Shown here: positions 24,679-37,847 of the stretch, piece after piece
Position numbering within the stretch: the first letter of the stretch is position 1
How the letters are laid out: the number at the start of each line of letters is the position of its first letter
Source: Piedraia hortae CBS 480.64
Taxonomy: Eukaryota
DNA length: 64,000 bases
Reading direction: 5' to 3'
Assembly: GCA_010093745.1 (NCBI GenBank)
Contig: MU005982.1
Coordinates: forward strand, 1 to 64,000
The notes under the pieces: model-generated
The model's database searches: none
What the model was told of the DNA's origin: nothing
The model's input: the letters and a program-made list of their open reading frames with translations, nothing else
Made by a program: the position numbers and the translations under genes

Positions 24679-26351
24679 AATGGGAGGACGCGCGGACCGA
24701 TTAGTTTGCTAGCTGAGCTGCAAAGGAAGAGGTACAGGGCTGGCTCGTAGTGACGGAAGTTCGAACGGAGCATGAGAGTGCGCAGAGACTTTGCTGCTCT
24801 AGAGATCTGTGGATAGCCGGGAGGGTGGTGGGCAAGAAAGATCGAAATCCAGCGGCTCGTCGACAGCGCGCTGAGGAGGCAAGGCGAGACTGGAGGTATT
24901 AGCAAAATCTTCTGGAAAGAGGGGAGAGGGAGTTGGGTGAATGATAGCTCTCAAAACGTGGTTGGCAGTATATACCTGGCGGTTGGTTGCACGGAAGGAG
25001 GGCGAAGGTCGCTAGTATTGTCGATATGGACAGCGTCCATGCGGAAAAGCGTACTTCAATGATTGAGAAAAGTTTTCCTATGCTCTGTACGCCGTCTGAG
25101 ATCCGGCATTGAGATTGGGAGGGTGCTTTGGACGGGAAACTCCATCCTCTGTTTTGTGCGCTCGGTGTCGAAAGTCCTGCGGGGCAGTGTGGATGGGCCA
25201 TGTTTGTCCGATTTCACATTTCACAAATTTGAGGGAAAGTTTCTGCAGACTCTTGCATACCATGTGGTTTCATGCTACTGGCAGCCGATCATGACTGGGG
25301 CAGGAAAAGCGACTGCTTGCTTTGCGCCGCTGCTGGGGCAGGAATTCGCAGAACCAAGGGGCCATCATCAGGGTTACATGACCGGGCTTCTAGCAGCAGA
25401 ATTCAAAGAGAAGTGGACTTCACATTCACCACCAGCGATCGCAGACTCAAGCGCATTGGACCAATTTAATGCAAAAATTTGTCTGAGGAGCAACTCAATG
25501 ATTTTGATGTACTCAACGATCTGACCTAAACACTACAGCAAGGGCTTTCACTTCCCCGGCTAGGTTATATATGGCCAATATTCTGAAGCTGGTCGGCGAT
25601 TTCGTACCAATCTACGAAATTTGGGGCATCCTTTCTGTTCGACGGACAAAATCTTATGAATTTTTATCCAGCGAAATCGTGCATTGGCAAACAGCAGTGA
25701 AGCTGAAGCATCCAACAAATTATTGAAACCATGAGTGGACTTTCTATGTTACGAGCGGAGAGAGAATTAAAGTAGAAACAGATTGATTCGCATGAGGGTC
25801 TTCAATCACGCTCTCTATTGTGCAATCATAAAATGCACACACATCATGAATAATTGACGACATGATTATCATAGGCTCATGAGAATATCGGCCATGAACA
25901 TAAATAGCTGCAAGGAAAATCAGGCAGCCATACTGGCAATTGAAGTTTCGGTTGGCGCCTATAAAAATGCATACTGCCAAGGACATTAGGAGACCGCAGG
26001 TCTGTCACTTGAGCCCGGTGATGCCGCACGCCAGGTTTTCAACACACTCTGTAAAAATCTGCGATTACTACATTCAAGTGCGAATGTCACCAAGGCGATC
26101 CAGTCAATCGGCGTTATTTCTATCACGTAACCAAAGAGCCAGGTTTACTAGCAAGCAGCGCCCGCCAGGTGAGGGGAGATAATCAGGCACACACGAATTT
26201 GCTGCGACATATTACTGCTCCAAACACGTCATACCTGACCGTCAGTGATGTTAACATTTGCGAGTAAAAAGCCGAAGTTTCATCGAGTGGCGACGTGGGT
26301 CCACGTGGGGCCGTTCACTTGATCATTCAAACTTCTTCCATCTTAGTGAAT

Positions 26352-26476
26352 ATAGGAATGGGAAGTGACATGAAACACAATGTTGTTGCTGCTACCCTTT
26401 TTTCTACGACTCTAGAGGAGATGAGGTTACTAGTCACCCTAGCCCTACCGGGACTGGCTACCGACTAACATTAACA
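26352..26476. repeat. LTR-like direct repeat, copy 1 (left boundary uncertain, possibly 26249)
   Basis: Similar to 27843-27966 (ATAGGAATGGGAAGTGAC...CCGACTAACATTAACA). Confidence 0.6.
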
Positions 26477-27728
26477 CCATCCACCCAACATAACTTTCTT
26501 CATGAATTGACAATGCACCATCTCGACAGCGGGAACAACCAGGAGGCCATGTATAAACCACTTTGTCTTGTTTCATCAGGCAATTTTTAACCGTGTCACG
26601 CAATATCATGTTGCGAGTGAGTATCATGCCTAACAAACATCACCAGTCGCTGACAGTTGACTAGCAAACACAAAACGCTGAAGGCTTCTGGGAAGTCAAG
26701 TTACCGGCGGCCATCTGACCTGGCCGGGGTTGTCCTTTTGACAACGTTGACGTTGGCCGTTCCCAATCCCAGCATTTGCAGGCTTTGATGGCTAAGTTGC
26801 AATGTTGGCAACGCTTAGAGAGCGAGCTGCAGCCAGGCTGGCCGCCGAACTCGGGTCACACAGGTCCAGGGAAGTTATCGATTTCTTCCTCCGGAAGATT
26901 GTCCTTGGCTTGGCTGGACTGCTGACCGCATTGATCTGAATCAACAACTCCAGTCTGGCCACCTCAGTGGCTTGGTTGATGTTGCTTGGATCAAGGGAAT
27001 TCCGGCAGGTTGACAAAGGTTAACTTTCGGAATCTAAGCATGGCTTTTACAACAACTATGGTAAGTGTGCCTCCACAATGTTTCCGCAGTTTATATGCTA
27101 ATTCCACTAGCGGCCAATCTAGCCCACAAGTGCGGCGATGGATGCACCAGTGGTGTGTCTTTCGGGGACATATCAAAAGCCTCGCGATACTTGGTAAGTT
27201 AATTTTCAAAGCGTTTCTAAGTTCTCTAGCTGAATTTACCACAGTCCAGCAGAGCGCCGAGCAGGACTTTGGCTTGGCCCGCTAGACAAATGACGAGCAC
27301 ACCTCGCGGCCAAACCCCTTGGCCATCTCGAGACCCCGATAGAGGTAGTCATATGGCCCTTTCCGCCTTTCAAAGACAGGGTTAGAACGCCGTGCGACCG
27401 ACACCTCCAATTGTTCTTTGTGTTGTGGCGAGGCGAGTATGCGCATTTTGAGGAAGAGGTATCTGGTGCTGGATGGCGAAAAATGGCCAAGCAGGATACA
27501 CGTGAAGTACGATGGCAAAGCAGGATATAGTTGAGTGATTTGTGTATAGAGACTTGCGAGCTTAAAGCAAAGATCAAGCCCTTGTAATGAAACTATGCAT
27601 ACTGTGTACTTTATTGGTCATGTTCATTTACACCTGGCCTTCTTCGTCCATGAGGTAAAGAGTCCGTCTGTAGTCTCCCGATCACGTGTGCAGAGTCAGA
27701 CGGACAGGAAAGAGTAGCTACTTCCACG

Positions 27729-27966
27729 TGTTGTAGAAATCGAATAACCATTCAGTCCCATAGCCAGCCGTTACGGTCATCAGTATGGGGGGTACTTATT
27801 CCCCCGAGGTATGAAGCTCATGATTGGGCAGCGATAGAGAATATAAGAATGGGAGGTGACACGAAAGACAATGTTTTTGTTGCTACCTTGCTGCCAAGAA
27901 TCTAGAGTAGGTGAGGTTACCGGTCTCCCTGACCGTATTGGATCTGGCTCCCGACTAAGATCAACA
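27729..27966. repeat. LTR-like direct repeat, copy 2
   Basis: TGTTG...TCAACA termini; 3' half similar to 26352-26476. Confidence 0.6.
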
Positions 27967-28835
27967 TAACGTCCTACCGAAACCTCAGTCAAAGTGATCG
28001 CCGGCCATTTCGTGAAGAGTGCAGTGCTGGAGGGTCGTTTAGAGCCAACGGCGTGATCCAACGTGCAGGCGTCTTTCCATAGCAAGATTCCGAACGGGCC
28101 AGCTGATTTTCTCTCGCTCTGCACAAGCAGCAGCAACGACTTTACACGTTTCAACTGCTGCACCAGGTGCCACCAACCATCTTGTCCTTCATCCACGGCA
28201 AGTTGCAACTCCAGGATTCCATATCGACTTGCCCATGTTTTGTTTGTGGCGATTTCGCTCTCATTCTCGAGGTTATCTTACATTGTCCTCTTTCCTGCGT
28301 TTCTTCCGGTACTGGCGCTTTTAACGAGATCGTTGAGCGCGTGGAGGAGGATATGAAGCACCGACGGTCTTGCTAGGGATGAAAGACCCATCCTTGGTTA
28401 GTCTGTCAGGTTGGAGTGTCGGTGGCTGAGAATAGCTGAACTCATGAAGACTGTGGGTGCTTTTAGGCGCTTGGAAGGTAGCGGATTGCATCCACAGAGA
28501 ATAGCCTCTCAGAGGAGGAACGAGCTGCCAGGATGTAAATGACCTTCTGTTTTACACGAACAGCGCCGTGAGAAGTGATGTAATTCCACATTTGGGTTCC
28601 CGAGGTTTATCCGCCGACAAACTTTCTATCACCACACAACATTTTTGCGTTTCACACTGCAGCGGCTCGTTGCCATCGCAGCACCACACTTACTTGGACA
28701 ACAATGAAGGCGGGGGAAGAATAATACTCTAGCACTTACTCGCTTATACAATGTTTGAAAAAATCGCCAAGCTGTCCAACCATATGACAGGTGTGTCGCC
28801 CCCACAGCGAGCGGAGTCACTTCTGACTCAGTTTT

Positions 28836-31467
28836 AGCTTATGAAGCCAAGCATCTAAATATCCGAAAGGAGAGGCTATCCGTGCTGGAATGCAAAGAAC
28901 CAAGATATTTCAGGGGCCTATCTACGAAGCGTTACACGCGACCGAGCGGCGAGGACAGTCGGCTAAACGCTACTAGGTTTGGAATGGAAGGAGCTTGGGG
29001 GCAGAAACACGGCCATACACGATAGCCCACGACGGAACCGCCCTTTATAAATTTGAAGCTACTGAAAAGCAACATACATAAAAGGCTTCAGAAAGGCTTC
29101 AACCAACAGGTAAAACCAGTTCGCCAGTTATGGCAAGCCATTGAGGCGATAAACTCGTGGCGAAGATATCTACCACGACTCTGTCCTCCCTGCGCCGGGA
29201 TTTACGACAAACGAAGCAAGACAACCGATCCGTTACATGCTCGGAAGAAGGCAACTACGATGGAGCGTTTGCCGTGGCAGTATGCTTTTAAACCGCCCTA
29301 AATCCCTATGGATGGTTGAATATCACACAGACAGGGCAAGCCCTACAGGCTATACAAAGTTGCACCTCTGAGAGGCATTCAGAAGAAGCACGGCAAACCG
29401 TATGGTTTGTACACTGCTGGCTTGTGGAGGATCCCAAAGTTCGACGAAAAAGCCAAGTCTCACGAAATCCTCAACGAATTGTCCCCTCGCCTGTCTGCTT
29501 TGTCAACCAGTACTTTGACCACGGCCTGGCAACTTTTATCAGTTTGGAAAACCAGAGAGAATCAAACTCGGCAAAGACGGCGCACAGAATGCTTAACAGA
29601 TCCGTTTCTCCCGGATGGCTGTCGTCTGGAGACAAAACCAGACCCGGTTCGGACCAGTCGACACTGTCAGAGGCTGCGCTCGCTCCATCGTTCCCAGGGC
29701 TACCATTCTCGAATGAATAAATCCCGTTTTGCTTCTGCGTCAGTGAATCAGACACCCCACCTCTCGCCAATCCCTAGCAGAAGCTGGTAGCTGGGAACGC
29801 TAGTCGATGTGATGGACGCCATGGGCAATAAGAACGAAAGCACGGAGGTGACTAGAAAGCTGGGAGCACAGAGAATGATTCAAGCCATTAATAGCATGAA
29901 GACTGGAGTTGAAGGCACAGAGACATGGGTTGAACAGGGCAAGGTAGCCTCTGAACTGGAAACGAGACAGACCAAGTGTCGGAGGGGTGAACCTCCGAGG
30001 ACTAGGGCGGAGTGGATGTCAACGACAAAGGTTTTCACTCAACTTTTACTGAAAGATGTGTAATGTAGATGTTTATCTCTATGAGGTGAGGTTCGAAATC
30101 TCCCCCACACTACCTCAGTCTAACCGCACTTGCCAGGACAACGTCAGCGAACCATGCCCTTGAGCATGAACGAGACAATAACCCGTCTCAGGGAAGACTT
30201 CCTCTATAGAAGTAAAAACCCTGAGAAGTTTCGACTTCTATCTATAGTTCTGGTCATGGTGGGTGCCACATCCTTTTGACACCAAGTCTTCATAGCCACT
30301 CCTAAATGGAGACAAGAGAGGCCATCGACGTAACGGCCTCCAGCTACCAATAAAAGGCCGGCAGAACAAGACAATGCCAAACCGAGCAAGATACGCAGGA
30401 TACACCATGTTTACATCATGGCGGCAGAGTCAGCAATACGAGTCGCGATCAGGAGTTTTATCGCATGGGGAAACGGCAACATGAAAAGGATCGTGAAAGT
30501 TATTCGGTCGAACATTGAGTCTGCGCTGTTGTCTACGGAGTTCAAAATCTGGCTAGCACGACAGGGAATTGAATCTCTGCCCTCCGCACCGTATACTCCC
30601 GCGCAAAACGGAGCAGCAGAAAGGTCGGGTAAAATGATAACTACAAAGGCACGGGCGATGCGCTTAGGTGCAGGGCTACCAGTTTACCTCTGGCCCCTCC
30701 CGGTGCAGGGTGTAGCTTACCTGTTGAATCGTACACCCGTAAAGACACTCGACTGGGAAAGTCCATTGGACGCTTTAAATCAGAAGCCAGAAACAATAAC
30801 GCATCTAAAGGCATGGGGGTGCAAAGCCTACCCATTAGTGCATCTTATCCCCCGCACGCACATGCAGGAGCCTCGGGTGAATATAGGGTATCTGGTCGGA
30901 TGCAGATCCCGAAATAGTTTCCGATTTGGATTCCCAAGCTGCGTAAAATCATTTGTTGTTAAGAAGTATCGGTGCGATAACTCGGCTTGATAACAAAGAC
31001 TATACAAATTAAAATCCTGTGTAGCAAAATACTCAAGGGGCATAGAAAAGAGGACAGTGGGGCAACGGAGTAATATTTGAAACTGTTTGAACAAAGAAGC
31101 CACTTGTGTATGAGCTCACTGCTGGACATCTAAAAAGATGTTTTTGTAAAGAGAACTCAATCTTCACAACGATCACACTACGCAACAATTATCTTCCAAT
31201 ATCATTGACACAACAGACGTAATGTTTGATGAACGTGTTACTTATGGCATCGAAGAAGAGTGTGAGGAAATACTCCCACTGGAAGTCATGAAGAACATCG
31301 TTGAAATGGTCAAATTGCCTACTACAGGCGAGACAACCATTGACATAGGTGACGATTTCTCCGACTCGAATTTGGACAATGAAGAAGAAGTTCCTCCAAA
31401 CTCTAACAACAATCACGAGACAAGATCCGTCGCCAGAAGAGTCGAAGAGCTTTTTAGGATTGAGTAA
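28836..31467 (+). pseudogene. Degenerate Ty1/Copia internal region; integrase core best preserved at 30490-30930
   Basis: VKVIRS...EF...GI...SAPYTPAQNGAAERSGKMI...LP..LWP.....AYLLNRTP...HLKAWGCKAY is the Copia integrase signature; VMFDE lies downstream. A possible decayed PBS at about 28836 and gag-like fragments upstream are less certain. Confidence 0.75.
30064..30255 (-). mobile_element. Partial LTR, family E-related
   Basis: Similar to 31541-31730; contains the CTCAGGG...CCCTGAG core. Confidence 0.65.
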
Positions 31468-31509
31468 TTGGGAGCTCGCCAAAAGTGACAACAAGATCTA
31501 AAGGGCAAA

Positions 31510-31776
31510 TGTGTGCCCCCAACTCTAATGAAGAGGTGGTTGTAGATGTCTATATCTATGAATTGAGGTCGGAAAAAACCTTCTCCACATTATCTGAGCC
31601 TAGCCGCATCCGCCACGACAACGTCATTGAAACATACGAGAACATAAGCGAGACGATGACCCGTCCCAGGGAAGACTTCCTCCAGAGAGGTAAAAACTCT
31701 GAGAAGCCTCGACCTCTATCCATGCTGGTAGAGGTTATCGGGCTGTATACTGCATAAGAGGGTTTACCTTCTCACA
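31510..31776 (-). mobile_element. Solo LTR, family E-related (about 267 bp)
   Basis: Ends GGGTTTACCTTCTCACA like 37581-37847 and has the same length; strand inferred from the U-rich core. Confidence 0.7.
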
Positions 31777-33125
31777 ATATGTCCTCGTTTGTTTATATCT
31801 GACCGCTTGTAATCAAGCTTGACTACTGATCCTCCAGACCTTGTCGGGACACGTTCTTCCGATATTCATATCGTACCCTGGCGTGGTGAAACTACACGGC
31901 GCTGAAATATCCCAAAAAATACAAGATTGGCAGGTCCGCGCCAGGACTTTAATGAGTCAGATGCCAAGGTGTCAACTGTATCAGTCTTTGCGCAGCGCCA
32001 TAGGCGTAGATGGTGGATTACCGGCGCCATTTTCTCTGGCCGTGGAGGTTCACACGAGTAGCCGTGCCCAGCAGTGCCGTGCTGTCTTATTCCTCTATGA
32101 CCACCCAAGTTGTTGCTTCGCATTGTGTTGTGTTTGCGCACCTTCTCCTGCGTTTGACCAAGTTTGTCCCTATACCCAGTTGTTTGTGCTTCGAAAGAAG
32201 TTATTTGTTCTACTCCACGCTTCGTTTGTTCCGTTCTCTCATGGATGAGCAGGCACTAGCTTGGACAATGGCGGAAATTTGGCGGTGCTGTTTGTCTCCT
32301 TTGCGCAGCGACTTCTCGCGCGTTCGGTTTTGGCCAATGAACGAGTTACCGCTGCTAACAGCATGGTGGAACGGGCGCGAGAAATGCACGCATAGAATCT
32401 GAGAGGAAACGCCGTGCGAGGTAAACTGGAAAAGAAGAGATAGTGTCGTGGCGGCGCGCGGTTTAATCGATCGACAGTGCTGAAGTTGTCAGTTGCCTAC
32501 ACTGCAGAGGAGCGCAAGGAAAGTCTTAGCTGCGGCAAGCCACTGTGCTGTAGCCAGGATTCCAAACATCACCCTCTTATTCAACTCTGGGAGCGCGTTG
32601 ATAGAATAATTGCGAGGAGTTGAGTGTAAGTCGACAATGATGTGAGCAATCACAATATACGCCTGATTCAACTCCATCAGAGGGCGGACTGCAGCCCCAA
32701 CATTCTAGAGCCTCGCAGTGTGCCACTGAGTCAGCCATAGTGGGACGGGTCCACTCAGACGTGTGATTGGACCGATGGTCGGTAGCGCAAAATTCTTCAC
32801 ACCACAGGATTTTCACCTCACCACATTTTTACACCAGGACACATCTTCGTCAGCATCACCAACATTGATACCCTTGCCTCACTCATTGCTTACATATTTG
32901 ACAATTGACGGGCTTCTGAATTTTGTGGCGGTTGGGTATTTTGTGCAGCGCAAGACGTATTAAGTCGTTGCCTGCAAAATCAATCGACAACGCACTGTTT
33001 CTCTTACGGACAAGAGTGAGTGGCCGGAGTGGTGCCCCAACAGCTCATTACCATCATCAAGCTACCATGTTTCAACACTTTTGTTTTGAATGAATCGATT
33101 TAGTGTCTTCTTGCGGAGGGGAATT

Positions 33126-33498
33126 TGTTGGATTCAAGCATCGCAGTTAGCGCGTATGCAGGGCACTTGCATAGCAAGTCGGCGATACCTCCTACACTAC
33201 CAGCTGCACCCTAGGTTTTTCCCTCACAGAGGTTTTCCCTCAGGGTCATGTCATATGTGACATGGTGAATACGCCCCGCTAGTGTACGACATGATGTCAC
33301 CGGCCCACCGGTACAGAATTCTCATTCTGAACGTATCCTCATTGATTGAGATAGTCATTTTCACACTGTCATGTTGACACTGGTATTGACCCATATCCAT
33401 CTGCATCTGTCCTGTCCCAGTTGTCAATTCCGTCTATCGCTTAGTCCTCTTGGTTCGGGACGCTGCGCACTCTCATCCAGAGGAGCCCAATCTCTACA
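33126..33498 (+). mobile_element. Solo LTR, family A
   Basis: TGTTGG...CTCTACA with exact TSD GAATT. Confidence 0.92.
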
Positions 33499-34156
33499 GA
33501 ATTTGCATCGTACACTCGGCACGACAAAGCAGCTATTGAAGCTCATATGCCCGATTCTCGATGAACTCATCAACGACATCAAAATGATAAAAGGTTGCTT
33601 CCAAAGAATGAGCAGTTGAGTAGCTCAGCATATGGTTACCTTTTTTACTCCTGCCCGCGGTTCTGCCAACAACTGACCCTAGAGTGGAAATTCTTCGACG
33701 CCCTTCCGCCATGGTCGTAATAGCTTATACGATATAGGACTGGGTTCACTTGATTCCAGTACCCACTAGAGTGGCGCTTCTACCATAGGACTAGAAGAAA
33801 CGGGTGCCTAAAATTTGTGCAGCAAGGTTCAGATGACGGAAAATGCCAAGCGTTTTGAGTCTTGACCATCACACAACGGTTGAACTCTCCTGTACTTGCA
33901 TAAACAAGGAAATGCGATCGACAACAGGTTATCTTTACGAGGGCATTTCTGCCGTCTAGCAGGCGGCAGTACTTACACACGACACCGTGACCCTTTCTCA
34001 TCGAAGGTTGCACATCGATCTACGCTCCATCTTCCAGTCTTTGCGAATGGACAAGAAAACAGTTTCACTTTGAAATTCGACGTTTTAGACGGTCTGTTCA
34101 AGCGACGGCATTCACCGAAGAGTCTTGTGGCGTGGCGGACTTAACTACTTCGTGTA

Positions 34157-34355
34157 TGTCGGAGGAAAAGGTGAGGACTCATACCCCAGCAGAGAGCATT
34201 GTTAATATCTTTAGATGAATGATGTTCCGGGAGGAAACCCTCCTGACTAAATACATGAGAGGACTTTGTCCTTCAATCCTTACATATTATCATTTCCTTT
34301 ATTAGGAGACGGATCCGGTCTCAACAACCCTTCCGCAAGTGGCAGACTTCTGGCA
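34157..34355. mobile_element. Solo LTR, family G (199 bp)
   Basis: TG...CA termini, exact TSD GTGTA; second copy at 40246-40436. Confidence 0.85.
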
Positions 34356-34465
34356 GTGTATTAATGGACGGACAGATAGTCGTTTGCGAGATATTTTTTG
34401 GAGTTGGGTCCAAGGCTTTGGCTCTCTGCTCTCTGCTTTCTGCTGGTCTTGGCACCGCAATACAT

Positions 34466-34636
34466 CTACGAGGCGGCGACTAATATCGATCCTTGCCGGT
34501 GCCTCGGTATGTCGATCGTATGATTGACATTGTAGTCGCTGATAGATTAGTTGTTTTAGTACATAGTTCCGCCCGCCGGCTCGGGCGGGCAGTCCTGTCT
34601 TTCTTTCATTGCTGTTTCCTGTCCACACAAGTGATA
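34466..34636. repeat. Dispersed ~170-bp repeat, copy 1
   Basis: High similarity to 61552-61720. Confidence 0.8.
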
Positions 34637-37355
34637 AGATCAAACCAGAGACAGAAGCTGGCCTTGCCAAAACTTCAATTTCCTTTGCGGAGAAGCAATT
34701 TTCAAGGGACTGTGAACGGTGGCACAGCCAACGCCTGCAACTCAAACCACTGGCCCTACACAAACGTGACTCTTCGCTCGCTCCCGTCCTCGTCTTATCT
34801 CGCCTCACGATCTCTCTCTACAGCTGGATAGTTCTGAAACCGATCAATGAGAACGATCTGATTGAGGCATCTCTAATCCTCCGCCAGCCCACCCGCAAAT
34901 TTTCCACTGCTATCGGCCTGAGCAGTGAGCGGCCGCAATTCATAAATTCTCAAACCTTGCAGCGGTCGGATACGGTCAACACTCCTCAACGCGGCCACGG
35001 CTAGATGTGCCCCTACCGCCGTTGTCCGCTACACCTTTGGGGCAAATCCACTATCCACTCAGGTCTCAGGCAGCCCGTGACCGACCTGATTCGGAAGGAC
35101 GAAGACTGTTCAAGCACCATCCTGTCCATGCTTGCAGAGTTTGCATTACACCTGAGCAAGATTCTCCCGCTCATCCCAGTCACCGTCACGTCTCACAATT
35201 GATCGGCACAGCTGGATGTTTCTCGAGCCTATTGAACTGGAACGACCAATTTACCAACTCTGAACACCCCTCCAGCCCGCTCGCAGCTTTCCTATCGGCG
35301 GCAATGTCAGCGACAGAAAAGCAAACCACCGCCTCTTGCTGTGGTCTAGCACTGTCGATACTCACCACAGGCAGTCATGCCTGGACAATCCTTTGCAACC
35401 TTTGCGAAAAATCATTTGCTGAGTGATTCCCCTGTCCCCTCCGGTCCTCAGTTATCCACCGCAGGTTGCTCGTGCACCATTCTCTTTACCCTTCCAAATT
35501 CAGTGAAACACTCTTCACAGTGATCAGCTAAAATGAATGAGTCCACACCAGCTTGTGTCCATGCCCAACCCCGCAGGGCCTCGCACCAATGAACGCCGCT
35601 TGAGCCGATTGGGGAAGAAGAAAACGCGGCCAATGGCCTCAAGGCGTCTGGTCGGCACACCCACAGATTTTTCGCCTGCGTTGGCATCAGCAGCGGACAT
35701 ACAGAAGGCCAGGCTTTGCAGCGGTCTGTCACGGTCAGTACTCCGCACAGGCGGCCTTATTTCGTCAAGCCCCTCCCGCCTCTGCCGGTCGCCCAGCCGG
35801 CAGCAAGGCCACGACACAGTCCTCCGCCTAGCAGCTCCTTGCTGACTCCTCCCCCAAAGAGGGTCGAGCCTATGGCAGAGAACCTTCAAGGAGACCATCA
35901 GCGCAAAGGCCGCATAACCCTTGCTTTGGCTGAGTTGGACGACGAGCAAGAGCCGGCAATCAATTCGGATACCCTGGACTGTGCCTTGGATGACCTCGTC
36001 GATTCCACGTTATTACCAGTTTGTGCGTTCTGTTTCTTTTCTCAGGTACAGAAAGACAAGCCAAGACGGCGCTGCGCGAAAAAGCACAAATATGGAAGGG
36101 ATTTGGTTATTTGGGTCACCTAGACCACCTGGGCTTACATTTAAGCGAATGTCCCAACTTCTCTGGCTCCCATCTCTAAATGCGCAAACATTGCGCGATG
36201 ATTTCAATGGAAAATGCTATGTGCACGATGCTTCTTGTTGGGAGTACACGTTGAAGAAGCCTGGATTGAAGCGCACTCTTCACAGAGAGTCGATGTTCTG
36301 CGGAGGGCGTCGAAAAGGGATTGCCAGCATTCATCGAGCAGCGTTCATGTCTGGCCATGAACCTCGATATTAGCTATCGCTTTTTCCTCGCCTCTGCTGA
36401 AGTCAGGATTCTGATCTCTCTTCCATATGACCAAAGTGGCCCCGAGCGAGGTCATCAGTACGTTCCACGCCAAGGCCAACCACGACGAAACTCAAAGCAA
36501 CCGGAAAGTAGCGCTCGCATGTACCTGATGGCCCGGATTCTAGTGGATGTCCTCTTTAAGTCGACATATGATCCACGGACTTGTAGTGGTTCCTTTGGCG
36601 GAGATGTCAGCGGTGACATTCATTCTCCCAAGAACATCGAGTCACTGGCACAGGGCATCGAACGGGCCACCAACGTCACACGAAAAGTGCTGGTATTCCT
36701 CTCGCTGAATGACTGAAGAATTGGACGGCATTCTCGCTTCATTATTTGTCTGAGAAAGCCTGCTTTCTTCGTCGTTGCGGAGCAAGTTCCGATACTGCCG
36801 TCTAATGAGGTGGCACGTGATGCTAGAGCCAAGGTGGGACAAAAGAAAGAATAAGTGGCACGGGGACACAGACGAAGATGCCAGGCGTGGTGTTGGAAAT
36901 TTCACAGAGGTGTGTATGAGACGAGTGAATCTCAATGCCGGCCATACGGTTGGTTTCGGCCTCTCCGCCTTTCCAGTCGCTCCACCTGGCGACGATTGTG
37001 GCGGTACCAATCAAGGTGAAACTGGACAACAACCTGAAAGACAGGAAGCTGATGGAGGATTGAGAACGGAGGCTTGTAAGAATGTCACAGAATATCCTGC
37101 TATCATATAGATCCAACGACGAGACAAGAGAACCGACAAAGGTGGAACAGGCAGTTAAGGCGTCGTAAATAATGCCAGTATCGCAGCCCACATGGTTCAT
37201 GCATCATTCGGACCCTTCGCCTTCACTGAAACAATCAAAAACATGTCTTCCTGCCCCATGACTTCCCTCTGTAGAGACCCGCATCTGACGTTACAACCTT
37301 AGTCTTTGTCATCCAAAAGAAAGTGTGACCGACCGAGGAAAAAAAAGTCAACACT

Positions 37356-37427
37356 TGCCTCCATTCAGGTTTGAACTGAAGACCTCGGCATTACAAGTGC
37401 CGCGCTCTACCACTGAGCTATAAAGGC
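37356..37427 (-). tRNA. tRNA-Thr(UGU), intronless
   Basis: GCCTTTA TAGCTCAGTGGTAGAGC G CGGCA CT TGT AA TGCCG AGGTC TTCAG TTCAAAC CTGAA TGGAGGC A folds as a full cloverleaf; T8 Pol III terminator at 37346-37339. Confidence 0.95.
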
Positions 37428-37580
37428 TTGGCACATGTTGACAGGTAAACTGTTTTCAATTTATACAAATTCAACAATTGCCAACTTGGATTGCCAAGAT
37501 AGATGCAACCTGGCAACTAGACTATACAAGTGGCCCGAGAGATGCATGCATCTTCTTTCAGATTAGTACAGGCAATAGAG

Positions 37581-37847
37581 TGTGAGGCGCATATATGTGT
37601 GGCTATGTGGTGGTATGTATATGTTGAGGTGGTGAGGTGAAGTGCGGAACTTCACTTCACGCTGACCCAGGTCTAGCGGCATTCAACGAGGCAACGTCAC
37701 CGAGCACGCTCAGAGTATGAACGGCACCGTGCCTCGTCCCAGGTAACTTCCTCCAAAGAGGTAAAAACCCTAAGAAGCATCGACCTCCATCTAAGCTCGT
37801 AGATGCGATCTGGTTGTGTACTATATGAGAGGGTTTACCGACTCACA
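37581..37847 (-). mobile_element. Solo LTR, family E (267 bp)
   Basis: TGTGAG...CTCACA inverted termini; homologous to 49837-50092. Confidence 0.8.

Noticed and set aside
23976..24905. Minus-strand ORFs that rejoin in frame (151 codons) when the LTR is excised
   Set aside because: One-in-three chance frame match; no ATG start or recognisable domain.
30064..31776. Two E-like LTRs as cognate LTRs of the Copia integrase between them
   Set aside because: The LTRs are diverged from each other, appear antisense to the integrase and lack PBS/PPT/TSD; more likely independent insertions.
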